Below, in pieces: positions 41,123-50,789 of a DNA stretch of 64,000 nucleotides. The notes below the pieces were generated by a model. That model was not told the DNA's origin. It searched no databases and saw only the letters and a list, made by a program, of their open reading frames with translations. Position 1 is the stretch's first letter, and each line of letters begins with the position of its first letter. Source of the stretch: Promethearchaeota archaeon (lineage in GTDB: Archaea; Asgardarchaeota; Lokiarchaeia; Sigyniarchaeales; SOKP01); contig JAEOTA010000086.1 in NCBI GenBank assembly GCA_016840085.1, forward strand, positions 128,001 through 192,000. Direction: 5' to 3'. Made by a program: the position numbers and the translations under genes.

Positions 41123-43432
41123 TTATTGATTTGGTTTGTACTTATATCTACTTATTTTATAAATCTCTTGAGCAATTTTTTTACCAATACTCTCAATTTT
41201 AATTAAATCAGGAATGTCTGCTAAAACTAATTTCTGTAAAGTCTTAAATTCATTCAATAAATTTTTAGCTCGAAGATTATTTACACCTGGAATTCCAGCA
41301 ACAATATATTCTAAAAGATGCGAAGTTTCAATAGGTGCTTTATCAAACCGTATAGAAATTTTATTCTTAGATTCGGACTGTTCTTTTTTTGCCAGTTGAT
41401 ATAAAAACATAGCAGTTTCTTCAGAATTCTCCGTTTTATATACACTTATGCCTAAATTTAGAATAATTGTAGTAATCGCTCCATATAGCGCATTTTCGTT
41501 AATAGTAGATTCATTAAATGGATCACCTTCTAAGATTAATATAGAGCTTTCAAACCTATTCTTTAGATCAAATAATTCATTGAATAATCTTCCATCCTTT
41601 ATTGAATCGATAAAGTCTTGAGCCGTCTTTCTTTCAATACCGACTCTATTTGAAAGCACATAATCCGCAATAGGTAATTGCTCTAATTTTAAGGTTACAC
41701 CCATTAATGAAAGTGTTCTAACAACAGACGATGCTGTCTCTCGATTATCACATATAATTTGGTACTTATTAGCGTCATCTATTTTTTGATTTAGCATTAT
41801 CCCACTTTCTTTTGTCACAAAATCTAAAAGATTTGATTGTCCTGATTTCTCTAATTGTTCCGATTGTTTTATCTTTCCTAAACTATCTCTCATATTTCTT
41901 TCTTTAACTTTTTCTGCCCAATAATATCCCTCATCCCTTGTATCTTCTGCCATTAAGATGTAAACTTTTCCCTCTTTTTTACGCCCAGTACGACCTCGGC
42001 GCTGAATTGCTCGTATAGCACTTGGCACCACATCATAAAAAACAACTAGATCACATTCTGCTATATCTAATCCTTCCTCCGCGACACTTGTTCCTATAAG
42101 AGTGTTATATATCCCTTTTTTAAATTCTTCCAGGATTCTAATTTGCTCTTTCTGAGTTAAACCTTTATCAGAACCTTTTTTAGCTTGCCCTACAAATTTG
42201 TGAGCATTTATTATCTCATCTTTCTCAAAATATCTTACAATGTTATTCACTGAGTCTCTAAAATGACAGAAGACTAATATTCTTGAATTTTTATGATCTT
42301 TAAGTTGAGACCTTAGAATTTTTTTTAATTTCTCAAGTTTGGGATGAACTATACCCTTCGATTGGATTTGATATGTTAGCTCTATTACCCGTTTGATATC
42401 ATTATCTAAAAACAATTCTTTCAAAGATTTATTAGCTAAATTATTTTTTACTTTTTCTTCATTTTTCACGATATAATCTTTTAGAGCATTAATTCCTTGA
42501 GTTTCAAGAAGTTCAAGCATATGAGAGATTCGAATAGCATTAGCCTGTAGTTTTTTAGCGTAAAACATCTCAAACTTTTCACTATCATCTCGTAAGAATG
42601 AAATCTTTCTATTAATAACTGTATTAAGCTGTAAAAGATCTTTCCTCGTTACTTTATTCACATCATAGGAATTGAGTAATTCCTTTTCTTTTAACCATTT
42701 ATAAATATTTTTTAGTTTTTCTTCTAAAATTTTTTTAATCTCTATGAATTCATTAGGAAGCTTAATTTTTATCCATTTATTATCCACATCTTGGATATAT
42801 GGTTTAACATCAACATCATTTTCAGTTCTTATTTCTACATGGTTGATAAATAAATTTTGTTTTATTTCGTTAATTTTTTCTTGAGTAGAACCCGGGCTTG
42901 CTGTTAAACCTAAAATCTGAGGAGTTATTGCACTTTCAATATATTTTTTGGCAATAAAACAATAAGCATAATCACCTATGGCTCTATGACACTCATCAAA
43001 AATGATCAAAGAGACATCTTTTATCGAATAATTTTTAGATATAATATCATTTTGTAATACTTGGGGTGTCATAAAAGCCACACGGAGTTTTTCCCATAAT
43101 ATTTTTCTTTTCACCGGTGGCGTGGTACCTGTTATTGATACTAGTTCATCAGGATTAATCTCGGTTAAACTTAAAAAAGAGTTATAATGTTGCTCTACTA
43201 AAGGTTTTGTTGGAGCTAATAAAATGACTTTAGAATCTGGTATATCAGTTAATTTTTGAACTGTTAGCATTAATGCTATAATTGTTTTCCCTAAACCTGT
43301 AGGAATAACCACTAAACAATTTTTATTTAGGCAATTTATAAAAATGTTTTCTTGATATTTCCGTCGAGAAATTAAATTACTCTTAATTAGGGGATGTGAA
43401 ATGAAATCATTTTTTATTGAGACTGAAATCAC
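41123..43432 (-). CDS. hef: Hef/FANCM-like helicase with ERCC4 nuclease
   Basis: PTGLGKT, DECH, TASPG, QRRGRTGR, DNRE...IERK, HhH. Confidence 0.95.
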   Translation of the reverse strand: MISVSIKNDFISHPLIKSNLISRRKYQENIFINCLNKNCLVVIPTGLGKTIIALMLTVQKLTDIPDSKVILLAPTKPLVEQHYNSFLSLTEINPDELVSITGTTPPVKRKILWEKLRVAFMTPQVLQNDIISKNYSIKDVSLIIFDECHRAIGDYAYCFIAKKYIESAITPQILGLTASPGSTQEKINEIKQNLFINHVEIRTENDVDVKPYIQDVDNKWIKIKLPNEFIEIKKILEEKLKNIYKWLKEKELLNSYDVNKVTRKDLLQLNTVINRKISFLRDDSEKFEMFYAKKLQANAIRISHMLELLETQGINALKDYIVKNEEKVKNNLANKSLKELFLDNDIKRVIELTYQIQSKGIVHPKLEKLKKILRSQLKDHKNSRILVFCHFRDSVNNIVRYFEKDEIINAHKFVGQAKKGSDKGLTQKEQIRILEEFKKGIYNTLIGTSVAEEGLDIAECDLVVFYDVVPSAIRAIQRRGRTGRKKEGKVYILMAEDTRDEGYYWAEKVKERNMRDSLGKIKQSEQLEKSGQSNLLDFVTKESGIMLNQKIDDANKYQIICDNRETASSVVRTLSLMGVTLKLEQLPIADYVLSNRVGIERKTAQDFIDSIKDGRLFNELFDLKNRFESSILILEGDPFNESTINENALYGAITTIILNLGISVYKTENSEETAMFLYQLAKKEQSESKNKISIRFDKAPIETSHLLEYIVAGIPGVNNLRAKNLLNEFKTLQKLVLADIPDLIKIESIGKKIAQEIYKISRYKYKPNQ

Positions 43433-43623
43433 CAGCGTCTCTCATTCTCTATCGGTTCATTATTACATAATTTGAGAAATATATATAAACTAACAGACTT
43501 TATTGGATCTTTAAAAAATTCTTAAATTCTTAAATTAATTTACTAATAATTTAATAAATCATTTTTAGCAATTCAATAAAGTAAAATTTATTTCATATTA
43601 GTCATTAATTTTAATGTCAGTAA

Positions 43624-43727
43624 GCGCGAGTGGTTTAGTGGTTATAACAACACGCTCACACCGTGTATTTCTGTGAAAATTGCTTTATAGATAACGAAGG
43701 TCGGGGGTTCAAATCCCCCCTTGCGCA
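43624..43727 (+). tRNA. tRNA-Val(CAC) with a 31-nt non-canonical intron at the anticodon-stem/variable-loop junction
   Basis: Acceptor GCGCGAG/CTTGCGC; anticodon arm ACACG-CTCACAC-CGTGT; variable loop AGGTC; T arm GGGGG-TTCAAAT-CCCCC; discriminator A; insert 43667-43697 (or 43668-43698) with hairpin TCTGTGAA/TTTATAGA. Confidence 0.92.
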
Positions 43728-43818
43728 TTTTTCAATCTTGTTAAAAATTCTTTACTCTCTATTAATTTTAAATTTAAATTAACCATTTAATTTTAAATAT
43801 CATTACTTAAAACTAAAA

Positions 43819-44673
43819 TTGAAGAAAACCTGCACTAAATGCCAGAGAACCTTGGATTTAACGCATTTTCGGATATCAAAAGGATATAATAGTAATATCT
43901 GTAGAAAATGTGAATTAAAACAAAAAAATATAAGAAATTTTCAGATTAAGTATAAGATTATTAAAAATTATTTTAATGGAAAATGCAGAGATTGTGAAAC
44001 TAATTATTTGAACCTTCCAGCTTTAGAATTTCACCATCCTGATTTGAGCAAAAAAACTACAACATGGAGGAAACTCAAAGGGCAAAGTTATTCAAATATT
44101 CTTAGCAGACTTTTATATGATAAAGTCCAACTTTTATGCAGAAATTGCCATACTTTAGCAGGAGCCACTACATTTAAATTTTATAAGGAAATTATTCTAA
44201 AATATGATTTTCCTTTAAATGATATTAATAAAAACAATATTCTTGATTCAATAAATAATGAGTTACATCAGTTCCATTTAGATGAGAAATTCAATAACAA
44301 AACTAAATATCACATTTTAAAATGGATTAAGAAAAAATCATTAATTGAACTACTCTATAAGGGTAGTTGTGTTGGGTGTGAAAAAACCAATATTGAAAAC
44401 AATCTACCCGCTTTAATTTTTCATCATTTAGATCAGTTTAAAAAAGATAAAATCTCAAGATGGCAAAAAATCTCAAATTTGAGCATACAAGAAATTATAA
44501 ATTTATTAAAAAAAGAAAAATGTGTTTGTCTATGTGCTAATTGTCATAAATTTATTGAATCAATACAATTTTTAGAACAACAAAACTTAATTATAGGTGA
44601 AAGGAATGCTTTAGAAGTGAAAAGAACGTTTAATCTAATTATCTCAAGAATAGAAAATTTTAATATAATTTAG
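43819..44673 (+). CDS. Tandem HNH-like endonuclease with N-terminal zinc finger
   Basis: CTKC...CRKC, then two copies of CxxC...LPALxFHH...LCxNCH. Confidence 0.85.
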   Translation: MKKTCTKCQRTLDLTHFRISKGYNSNICRKCELKQKNIRNFQIKYKIIKNYFNGKCRDCETNYLNLPALEFHHPDLSKKTTTWRKLKGQSYSNILSRLLYDKVQLLCRNCHTLAGATTFKFYKEIILKYDFPLNDINKNNILDSINNELHQFHLDEKFNNKTKYHILKWIKKKSLIELLYKGSCVGCEKTNIENNLPALIFHHLDQFKKDKISRWQKISNLSIQEIINLLKKEKCVCLCANCHKFIESIQFLEQQNLIIGERNALEVKRTFNLIISRIENFNII

Positions 44674-44676
44674 ACA

Positions 44677-44730
44677 GGGGTTCAAAATTCTGAAAATCTA
44701 TTTTGGTGTGAATTGTTCCCTCCTCGCGCA
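44677..44730 (+). pseudogene. Orphan tRNA-Val 3' fragment (T arm plus acceptor strand) with a 30-nt insert in the T loop
   Basis: CTCGCGC-A is perfectly complementary to the tRNA 5' GCGCGAG; GGGG/CCCT T-stem; the insert region has AATTC/GAATT complementarity. Confidence 0.7.
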
Positions 44731-44803
44731 TTTACTTTATTGCCTTTAAAAATCGAAAAAGTTATATGATATTTTGCATTTTTTAAATCTAATTACTGAT
44801 TTT

Positions 44804-45121
44804 ATGGTTAATTCAACCATGTCTAGTTTCTTAGAATCTCGAGAATTACGTAAACTCTATAAGAAAGTAAGAAAAAATATTAAAATTGGATCAATTTTTT
44901 TAACTAGATACGAGAAAGCAAGGATTGTAGGGGCCAGAGCTCTACAAATATCATTTGGGGCTCCAATCTTAGTGGAAAAACCAGTAGATATGATAGATCC
45001 TATTAAAATTGCTCAATTAGAATTAAAATCAAAAATCTTACCTTTAACTATTAGACGAGAAAATCCCAGTGGAGAATACCAAGATATCCCAATAAATAAA
45101 CTAATTTTAAAAAAAGATTAG
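44804..45121 (+). CDS. rpoK: RNA polymerase subunit Rpo6/K
   Basis: LTRYEKARIVGARALQISFGAP, LPLTIRR; start at 44804 or 44819. Confidence 0.95.
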   Translation: MVNSTMSSFLESRELRKLYKKVRKNIKIGSIFLTRYEKARIVGARALQISFGAPILVEKPVDMIDPIKIAQLELKSKILPLTIRRENPSGEYQDIPINKLILKKD

Positions 45122-45133
45122 TTATTCTATAAC

Positions 45134-45580
45134 TTATTGAACCCGGTATTTACCTCTCTCAGTTAGGATATAAACACATTTATCCCCAACCATTTCTGAC
45201 TCAATATAACCTTTAGAAATTAAATGATTAAGAATTTCTTCTAATTCTGATTTTTTAAAGCCTGGAATTCCTAATGGTATCCTTGACTGGTTGGCGATTA
45301 TAGCAATTCGTTCTAAAAATAATCTTTTACCCATGAAAGTTTCAAGAATTGTAATTTCATCATTAGAAAGCCTTTCAAATTGATCATGCTCTATAAATCG
45401 TTCTTTTAAAGTCTGAGCAAGATTTCTTGTCTCTGGACTTAATTCTTGTTTTTTAACTTCTACATGTTTAAGTTGAACTAGATCTTTTGCAACTGGTTGT
45501 TTTTGTCCTTCCTCTTTTTCTTGTTCTTTTTCATTCGACAACTGTTCATTTTTATTTTCCATAATATTACCATAAGGCAT
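45134..45580 (-). CDS. Hypothetical protein with C-terminal winged helix
   Basis: Acidic N-terminus; LEEILNHLISKGYI...YILTERG. Confidence 0.75.
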   Translation of the reverse strand: MPYGNIMENKNEQLSNEKEQEKEEGQKQPVAKDLVQLKHVEVKKQELSPETRNLAQTLKERFIEHDQFERLSNDEITILETFMGKRLFLERIAIIANQSRIPLGIPGFKKSELEEILNHLISKGYIESEMVGDKCVYILTERGKYRVQ

Positions 45581-45607
45581 ATAATTATAAAAATTTATAT
45601 TTAAATA

Positions 45608-46180
45608 ATGAGGAAGGTTTTAACCCTTAGAACTGGGGAAGAAATAATTATAAGACATCTGAAAAAATCAGATGTAGAGGGAGTCTGGAATAATTTTAAT
45701 GAAGTAATAGATGAAGGATTATATTTACCTGTTCTATTTCCTGTCAGAACTCAACTTGAAAAAGAATCATGGTATCATTATATTAAAAAAGAAAATGAAA
45801 TTTGCATTATAGCAGAAAATCCTAAATTGAAACCTCCATTTAATATAATTGGACAATGCGAAATTTCAAATTCCGATTGGGATGCTGCTACTCATGTAGG
45901 TGTCTTAGGTATTATTGTAAAAAAAAAATATCGAGATTTTGGCATTGGTCGAGAAATAATTCAAATAGCTATTAAAGAATCTAAAAAATTAAATAATAAG
46001 GAAAAAATCACTTTAAGTTGTTTTTCAACAAATCAGAGAGCAATATATCTTTATAAAAAATTAGGCTTTAAAATCGTAGGCACAAAAAAAAAACAATTTT
46101 ACATGGAGTCAAACTATTATGATGAAGTTCTCATGGAACTCTGGATTGATGACTTTTTGAGTCACAATATAGAGTCATAA
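45608..46180 (+). CDS. GNAT acetyltransferase
   Basis: YRDFGIG, NQRAIYLYKKLGF. Confidence 0.92.
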   Translation: MRKVLTLRTGEEIIIRHLKKSDVEGVWNNFNEVIDEGLYLPVLFPVRTQLEKESWYHYIKKENEICIIAENPKLKPPFNIIGQCEISNSDWDAATHVGVLGIIVKKKYRDFGIGREIIQIAIKESKKLNNKEKITLSCFSTNQRAIYLYKKLGFKIVGTKKKQFYMESNYYDEVLMELWIDDFLSHNIES

Positions 46181-46193
46181 TATCATTTTAAAT

Positions 46194-47636
46194 CTAAGGG
46201 AACCTAAACCTCTTTTTATATTGATCCCAACTCTTCTTATCTAAAGGATTTTCGTTCAAAAATAGAAAATTCAAATTAGTCAAACTTCTAATACTTTCAT
46301 TTCTAAATTTTGATAAATTATTTCTCCCAATATGAAATATAATTAAATTCTTTAAACCGTCAAAGCCTTCCAGTTCTTCTATGTTGTTGCCATCTAAATA
46401 CAGTTCTTGCAATTCACCTAAAGTATCTAACCCTTCTAATTTTTTAATTCTGTTATTAGACAGTTCTAACTTCTTTAAATTTGTCAAATTGTCAAGAAAT
46501 TCAATTTTTACTATGCAATTATTTGAAAGATATAATCCCTTTAATTTATCACACATCTCCAATCCTTCAATTTGAGAAAGTCTATTATCATTAAAATATA
46601 ACCAAAATAAATTATTTAGTTCTACAAGCCCCCTTATCTTTTCTATGTGGTTGAATGAAAGGTTTAACCTTTTTAAATTCACGAGTGCTTCTAAATTCCT
46701 TATAATTTTTATCAAATTATGACTTAGGTTTAAATCCTCTAACGATACTAAAGAATTCAAATTATCAATTTCTTTTATTAGATTATTATTTAAAGAGAGT
46801 TTTTTTAACTTATTCAAAGATTCTAAGTTTTCTATTATTCTAATTTTGTTATTTGATAAACCTAAGACTTCTAAATCACCTAAATTATTTAGATTCTCTA
46901 TCTTTTCTATTTTATTATTAGATAAATCTAAAGTTTTTAAATTATTTAAAAGATGCAAATTAAGACAACTCGTAAGACTATTTCTTTGCATTACAAGATG
47001 TTCTAAATTACATAGATTACTTAGCCCCTTAATCTCTTTTAGATTCTTTATATTTGAACTCTCACAATTTAATGATATTATCTTTCCTTTTCGTATAGTA
47101 ACAAGAAACCCACATTCATTTTTATAATAATCACTTAAGATTAAATTAATGCAAATCTCAAGAATATTGTCAGGAATAGCATTATTACAATTATAACTAA
47201 AGATCTCTTCAGGAAACTGTTTAACCTTATCTTTAAACCTTTTTTTTATGAAATCTTTCAGGTATTCTATTATAATTCTTCGAGTTTTAAAATTATCAAT
47301 TGAGTTTAAAGTGTGTATTGCATAAATTTTCTGGTCTATATTAATAATTTTTTTTAATGTGTATTCTAAAAGAGGTATAAGCTTTTTATAATCTGAATAT
47401 TTATCCCTTAAAATATTTCCAGCAACTAATTTAATATGGGGATCCTCATCTGAGAGGAATAGCTGTTCTAAAAATTTAAAGTTTTTACAATTATCAATTG
47501 TTCCATAAATTTTTAGTGACTTTTTTCTTATCTTAGGATCATTTGAACCATCAATAAGCTCTCTTAAAAGAGCCAAGCCCTCTTTTGTTCCAATTTGTTT
47601 TAAATTTTCTTTTATATAATCGGGATTAGATAACAT
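46194..47636 (-). CDS. HEAT-like plus Sds22-type leucine-rich repeat protein
   Basis: Roughly a dozen 22-aa repeats LxxLxLxxNxIxxIxxL. Confidence 0.92.
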   Translation of the reverse strand: MLSNPDYIKENLKQIGTKEGLALLRELIDGSNDPKIRKKSLKIYGTIDNCKNFKFLEQLFLSDEDPHIKLVAGNILRDKYSDYKKLIPLLEYTLKKIINIDQKIYAIHTLNSIDNFKTRRIIIEYLKDFIKKRFKDKVKQFPEEIFSYNCNNAIPDNILEICINLILSDYYKNECGFLVTIRKGKIISLNCESSNIKNLKEIKGLSNLCNLEHLVMQRNSLTSCLNLHLLNNLKTLDLSNNKIEKIENLNNLGDLEVLGLSNNKIRIIENLESLNKLKKLSLNNNLIKEIDNLNSLVSLEDLNLSHNLIKIIRNLEALVNLKRLNLSFNHIEKIRGLVELNNLFWLYFNDNRLSQIEGLEMCDKLKGLYLSNNCIVKIEFLDNLTNLKKLELSNNRIKKLEGLDTLGELQELYLDGNNIEELEGFDGLKNLIIFHIGRNNLSKFRNESIRSLTNLNFLFLNENPLDKKSWDQYKKRFRFP

Positions 47637-48165
47637 TTGAGCGGAACTAGTTTTAAATCCTAAAAAATTGATAAAAATTTAATATTAAATTCAATACTAT
47701 TAATTTGTAAATTAATACAAATGTCTATACATAAAAAATAATTCAATTCAATTAAATATCTCCAACACATTTAATCCTTCAGTTTTAGTTCTTAAAAATC
47801 CCTTTTTTTATAACAATCTTTTACAAATTCTAAATTTTTGATAATAATTTGTTATCAAACCATTATCAAATGGAATTAAATGATATCTCTGATGGACTTA
47901 TTTGCAAATCCGAAATAATTAGAAATTTTAATTTCGTTTATATATTGCTTATGTAAACAATACATTTTCTTTAAGGTTTAAAAAAATTTATAAATACATA
48001 ATTTATTAGATTATTAAATTTTGTATTTTACACATTAATTGTACCTTAAAAATACAATTTTTTGATAAAACATAAAAATTAAAATTACCACATGTAATAT
48101 AAAATATACATCTAAAAATAAAATCCAAATAAATCAAAATTAAAAATATAGGCTGATAATAAAAT

Positions 48166-49311
48166 ATGGCAGAAGAAGAAAGCTTTCTGAATGCAAAAGC
48201 ATTAGTAGTAGACAATGGTACAGGTATCTCAAAAAATGGTTTTGCCGGAGAAGATCAACCTCGTTCTGTCTTTCCCACTCTTATTGGTTATCCTAAATAT
48301 GAATCTATCATGACAGATGTTGAGCATTATACACGGGAATACTATATTGGGGAAGAAGCCATGCAGCTTAAAGGTGTTCTAAAACTCATGTTCCCTGTTG
48401 AACATGGTATTATTGAAGATTGGACTGCCATGGAGAAAATCTGGCACTATACATTCTATACGGATCTAAGAATCGATCCAAGCGAACATCCAGTACTTTT
48501 AACAGAAGCGCCATTAAATCCACGGCCCAACCGTGAAAAAATGGCCGAAATTATGTTTGAGACCTTTAATACTCCTGCTCTTTATGTCGCAATGCAGGCA
48601 GTTTTATCTCTCTATGCTTCTGGTCGTACTACGGGGTGTGTTATAGATATTGGTGATGGAGTATCCCACGTTGTACCAATCTTCGAAGGATTCGCCTTAA
48701 GTCATGCTATTCAGAGAATTGATCTTGCGGGTAGAGACATAACCACTTATTTACAACGATTACTCAGACAAAAAGGATATTCTTTTACAACATCAGCTGA
48801 AAAGCAAATTGTGAGAGATATAAAGGAGAAACTATGCTACGTCGCAATTGATCCCGAGAAAGAGATGATGTTGAGTAAGAAAGTTGCTGGAATGGAAAAA
48901 AGCTACATGCTACCTGATGGTGAAACCATCAATGTTGGTGTAGAAAGATTTTTAGCTCCTGAATGCTTTTTTAATCCATCAGTAATCGGGAAAGAGCTTG
49001 AACCCTTAGATGACGTAATAGTTGGTTCCATTTCCGAGTGTGATGTTGATCTCCGCCGAGATCTTTATAGCAACATCGTTTTATCTGGCGGGAGCACTAT
49101 GTTCCCTGGTATAAAGGAACGGTTAACGAAAGAGATAAAAGAGCAAATCCCGGAGAGCGTCGATGTTAAAATAATTGCTCCACCTGAGCGTATGTATTCA
49201 GTCTGGATCGGTGGATCAATTTTAAGCTCACTTAAAACATTCCATCGTATGTGGGTCACCAGACGAGAATATAAAGAGATGGGTCCCCAAGTTATTCACA
49301 GATGCTTTTAA
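48166..49311 (+). CDS. Actin (lokiactin)
   Basis: [62 protein letters not shown]-terminal HRCF. Confidence 0.98.
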   Translation: MAEEESFLNAKALVVDNGTGISKNGFAGEDQPRSVFPTLIGYPKYESIMTDVEHYTREYYIGEEAMQLKGVLKLMFPVEHGIIEDWTAMEKIWHYTFYTDLRIDPSEHPVLLTEAPLNPRPNREKMAEIMFETFNTPALYVAMQAVLSLYASGRTTGCVIDIGDGVSHVVPIFEGFALSHAIQRIDLAGRDITTYLQRLLRQKGYSFTTSAEKQIVRDIKEKLCYVAIDPEKEMMLSKKVAGMEKSYMLPDGETINVGVERFLAPECFFNPSVIGKELEPLDDVIVGSISECDVDLRRDLYSNIVLSGGSTMFPGIKERLTKEIKEQIPESVDVKIIAPPERMYSVWIGGSILSSLKTFHRMWVTRREYKEMGPQVIHRCF

Positions 49312-49327
49312 GCCAAGTAAACTCCTT

Positions 49328-49365
49328 TAATTTTATTTGATTTTTTTTTATTAACTTTTTTTTTA
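49328..49365 (+). terminator. T-rich putative terminator after actin
   Basis: Long T runs shortly after the stop codon. Confidence 0.5.
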
Positions 49366-49468
49366 TTAATAATTTTAACAACAAAATAGTATCAGTTATA
49401 ATTATTTTAATAAAGATCCTCACTTAGAGATACTGATTTTTTAATGAGGAATTGATATTATTTTATCT

Positions 49469-49894
49469 CTAAGATTCGTGGATAAACAAATACCACATCC
49501 ATTTTGACAAACTGACTTTTATTTTATTTAATTTAATGATGTAAGAAATCAACATTCGTTCATAGTCTTTTGAATCCAACTTCTTATCTTCAACAATACT
49601 ACAAAGGATTACATCATCCATTTTTACGGACTTTAAATTACGTAATATTTGTTGAGATTGTGTAATATCTTTTATCCCCCATTTTTCCATTATTCGGTTT
49701 CCATACCATAATTCAATCAGATCTTTTAAAGAAATTATGTCAGATTTTAAACGATTTACTTCAGCTAATAGTGGATTTTCATATCCTTTAATTATAAAAG
49801 GAATATCTGGAAATTCATATTGATCTAATATCTTTAATACCTCTCTTGTGATATCCTGAACCGTTCTTCCTAATGTGAATATAGAACACATCAT
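49469..49894 (-). CDS. Hypothetical protein
   Basis: 141-aa ORF with genome-like composition; no motif recognised. Confidence 0.7.
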   Translation of the reverse strand: MMCSIFTLGRTVQDITREVLKILDQYEFPDIPFIIKGYENPLLAEVNRLKSDIISLKDLIELWYGNRIMEKWGIKDITQSQQILRNLKSVKMDDVILCSIVEDKKLDSKDYERMLISYIIKLNKIKVSLSKWMWYLFIHES

Positions 49895-49917
49895 TTTTTA
49901 TTTCTACTTATAATTAA

Positions 49918-50196
49918 TTACTCTAAATTCATAGCAATATCTTTAAAGAGATGATATGTGACTATTAGGATTTCATCAAAATCTTTTTCTTGCATGTCAG
50001 AGCTATGGTATTTTAACTTATTCAAAAGATCCCCTAACTTTTCTAATGCATATTTAAGATGATATGAATCATCCCTGTTTTTAGCTTTATTAAAATTTGC
50101 TTTTAAAAATATAATCTCACTAACAAGTACATTAATTAGTTTAACTTTCCTCGATTGGATAAACTCATTATATTGCAATATTAATGTTTCACTCAT
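49918..50196 (-). CDS. Hypothetical small helical protein
   Basis: 92-aa ORF 23 nt upstream of the previous gene, same strand. Confidence 0.65.
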   Translation of the reverse strand: MSETLILQYNEFIQSRKVKLINVLVSEIIFLKANFNKAKNRDDSYHLKYALEKLGDLLNKLKYHSSDMQEKDFDEILIVTYHLFKDIAMNLE

Positions 50197-50436
50197 TTGT
50201 ATAGCCTTTATTATTATTTTTTTCCTAAATAAAATTAAAATAAAGATAAATTAATTTTTTTAAGAGTCCAATTATTGAGAATAATTTCAGTGTTAGTGAT
50301 TCAATATTAATATAATTTAAAATTCTTGGATAAAGATATCTGGCTCGATTTTCAAAAATTGGTTTAGTAAAATAATTAATAGTTTGATATTCATAATTAA
50401 TTCAAATAAATATAAAGTAGAATGTAAGCCTGTAAA

Positions 50437-50592
50437 ATGAAAGATGAGAAAATAGAAATAAAGCGGGATGTATGGAACTATTTTCGCAGCTACAGAATAG
50501 CACCTATTCAGAAAAGATATTTAGAAAAAGGAAGAATAAGAGAAATAATTGAAATTAAAAGACAATATCATCAACATAAAGTTAATCATTAG
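50437..50592 (+). CDS. Possible small basic protein (51 aa)
   Basis: Not in the track. MKDEKIEIKRDVWNYFRSYRIAPIQKRYLEKGRIREIIEIKRQYHQHKVNH; purine-rich, coding-like composition. Confidence 0.4.
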   Translation: MKDEKIEIKRDVWNYFRSYRIAPIQKRYLEKGRIREIIEIKRQYHQHKVNH

Positions 50593-50789
50593 GCGGAACA
50601 CGCATCTTAATCGACAAAATAAAAGTTATAAATATGTTATTTATAATATAGAATTACTTCATTCTATATAGTAAATTTTAATTTACATGATTGGATATTT
50701 GTTTTTATAAAAGATATCTAAAATTTTTGAATTCAATGTGATTTTAATTTCCTTAATCATTATAGTTAGTTAAAAGGAGGATATAATAT

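Larger units (their letters stand above)
43704..44733 (+). mobile_element. Candidate integrase-free HNH cassette bounded by two versions of the tRNA-Val 3' end
   Basis: GGGGTTCAAA...CC-CTTGCGCATTT (43704-43730) recurs as GGGGTTCAAA-[30 nt]-TCCCTC-CTCGCGCATTT (44677-44733); only the HNH ORF lies between. Confidence 0.7.

Noticed and set aside
43667-43697. Long variable arm (type II tRNA or tRNA-Sec)
   Set aside because: The anticodon is CAC (Val, type I); a normal AGGTC variable loop is restored on removal; the insert is AT-rich like an intron.
43728-44676. Provirus or integrase-driven island
   Set aside because: No recombinase, transposase or viral gene is present; a remnant of one cannot be excluded.
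48006-48215. 69-aa minus-strand ORF over the actin start
   Set aside because: Low-complexity AT-rich translation overlapping the actin promoter region and 5' end.
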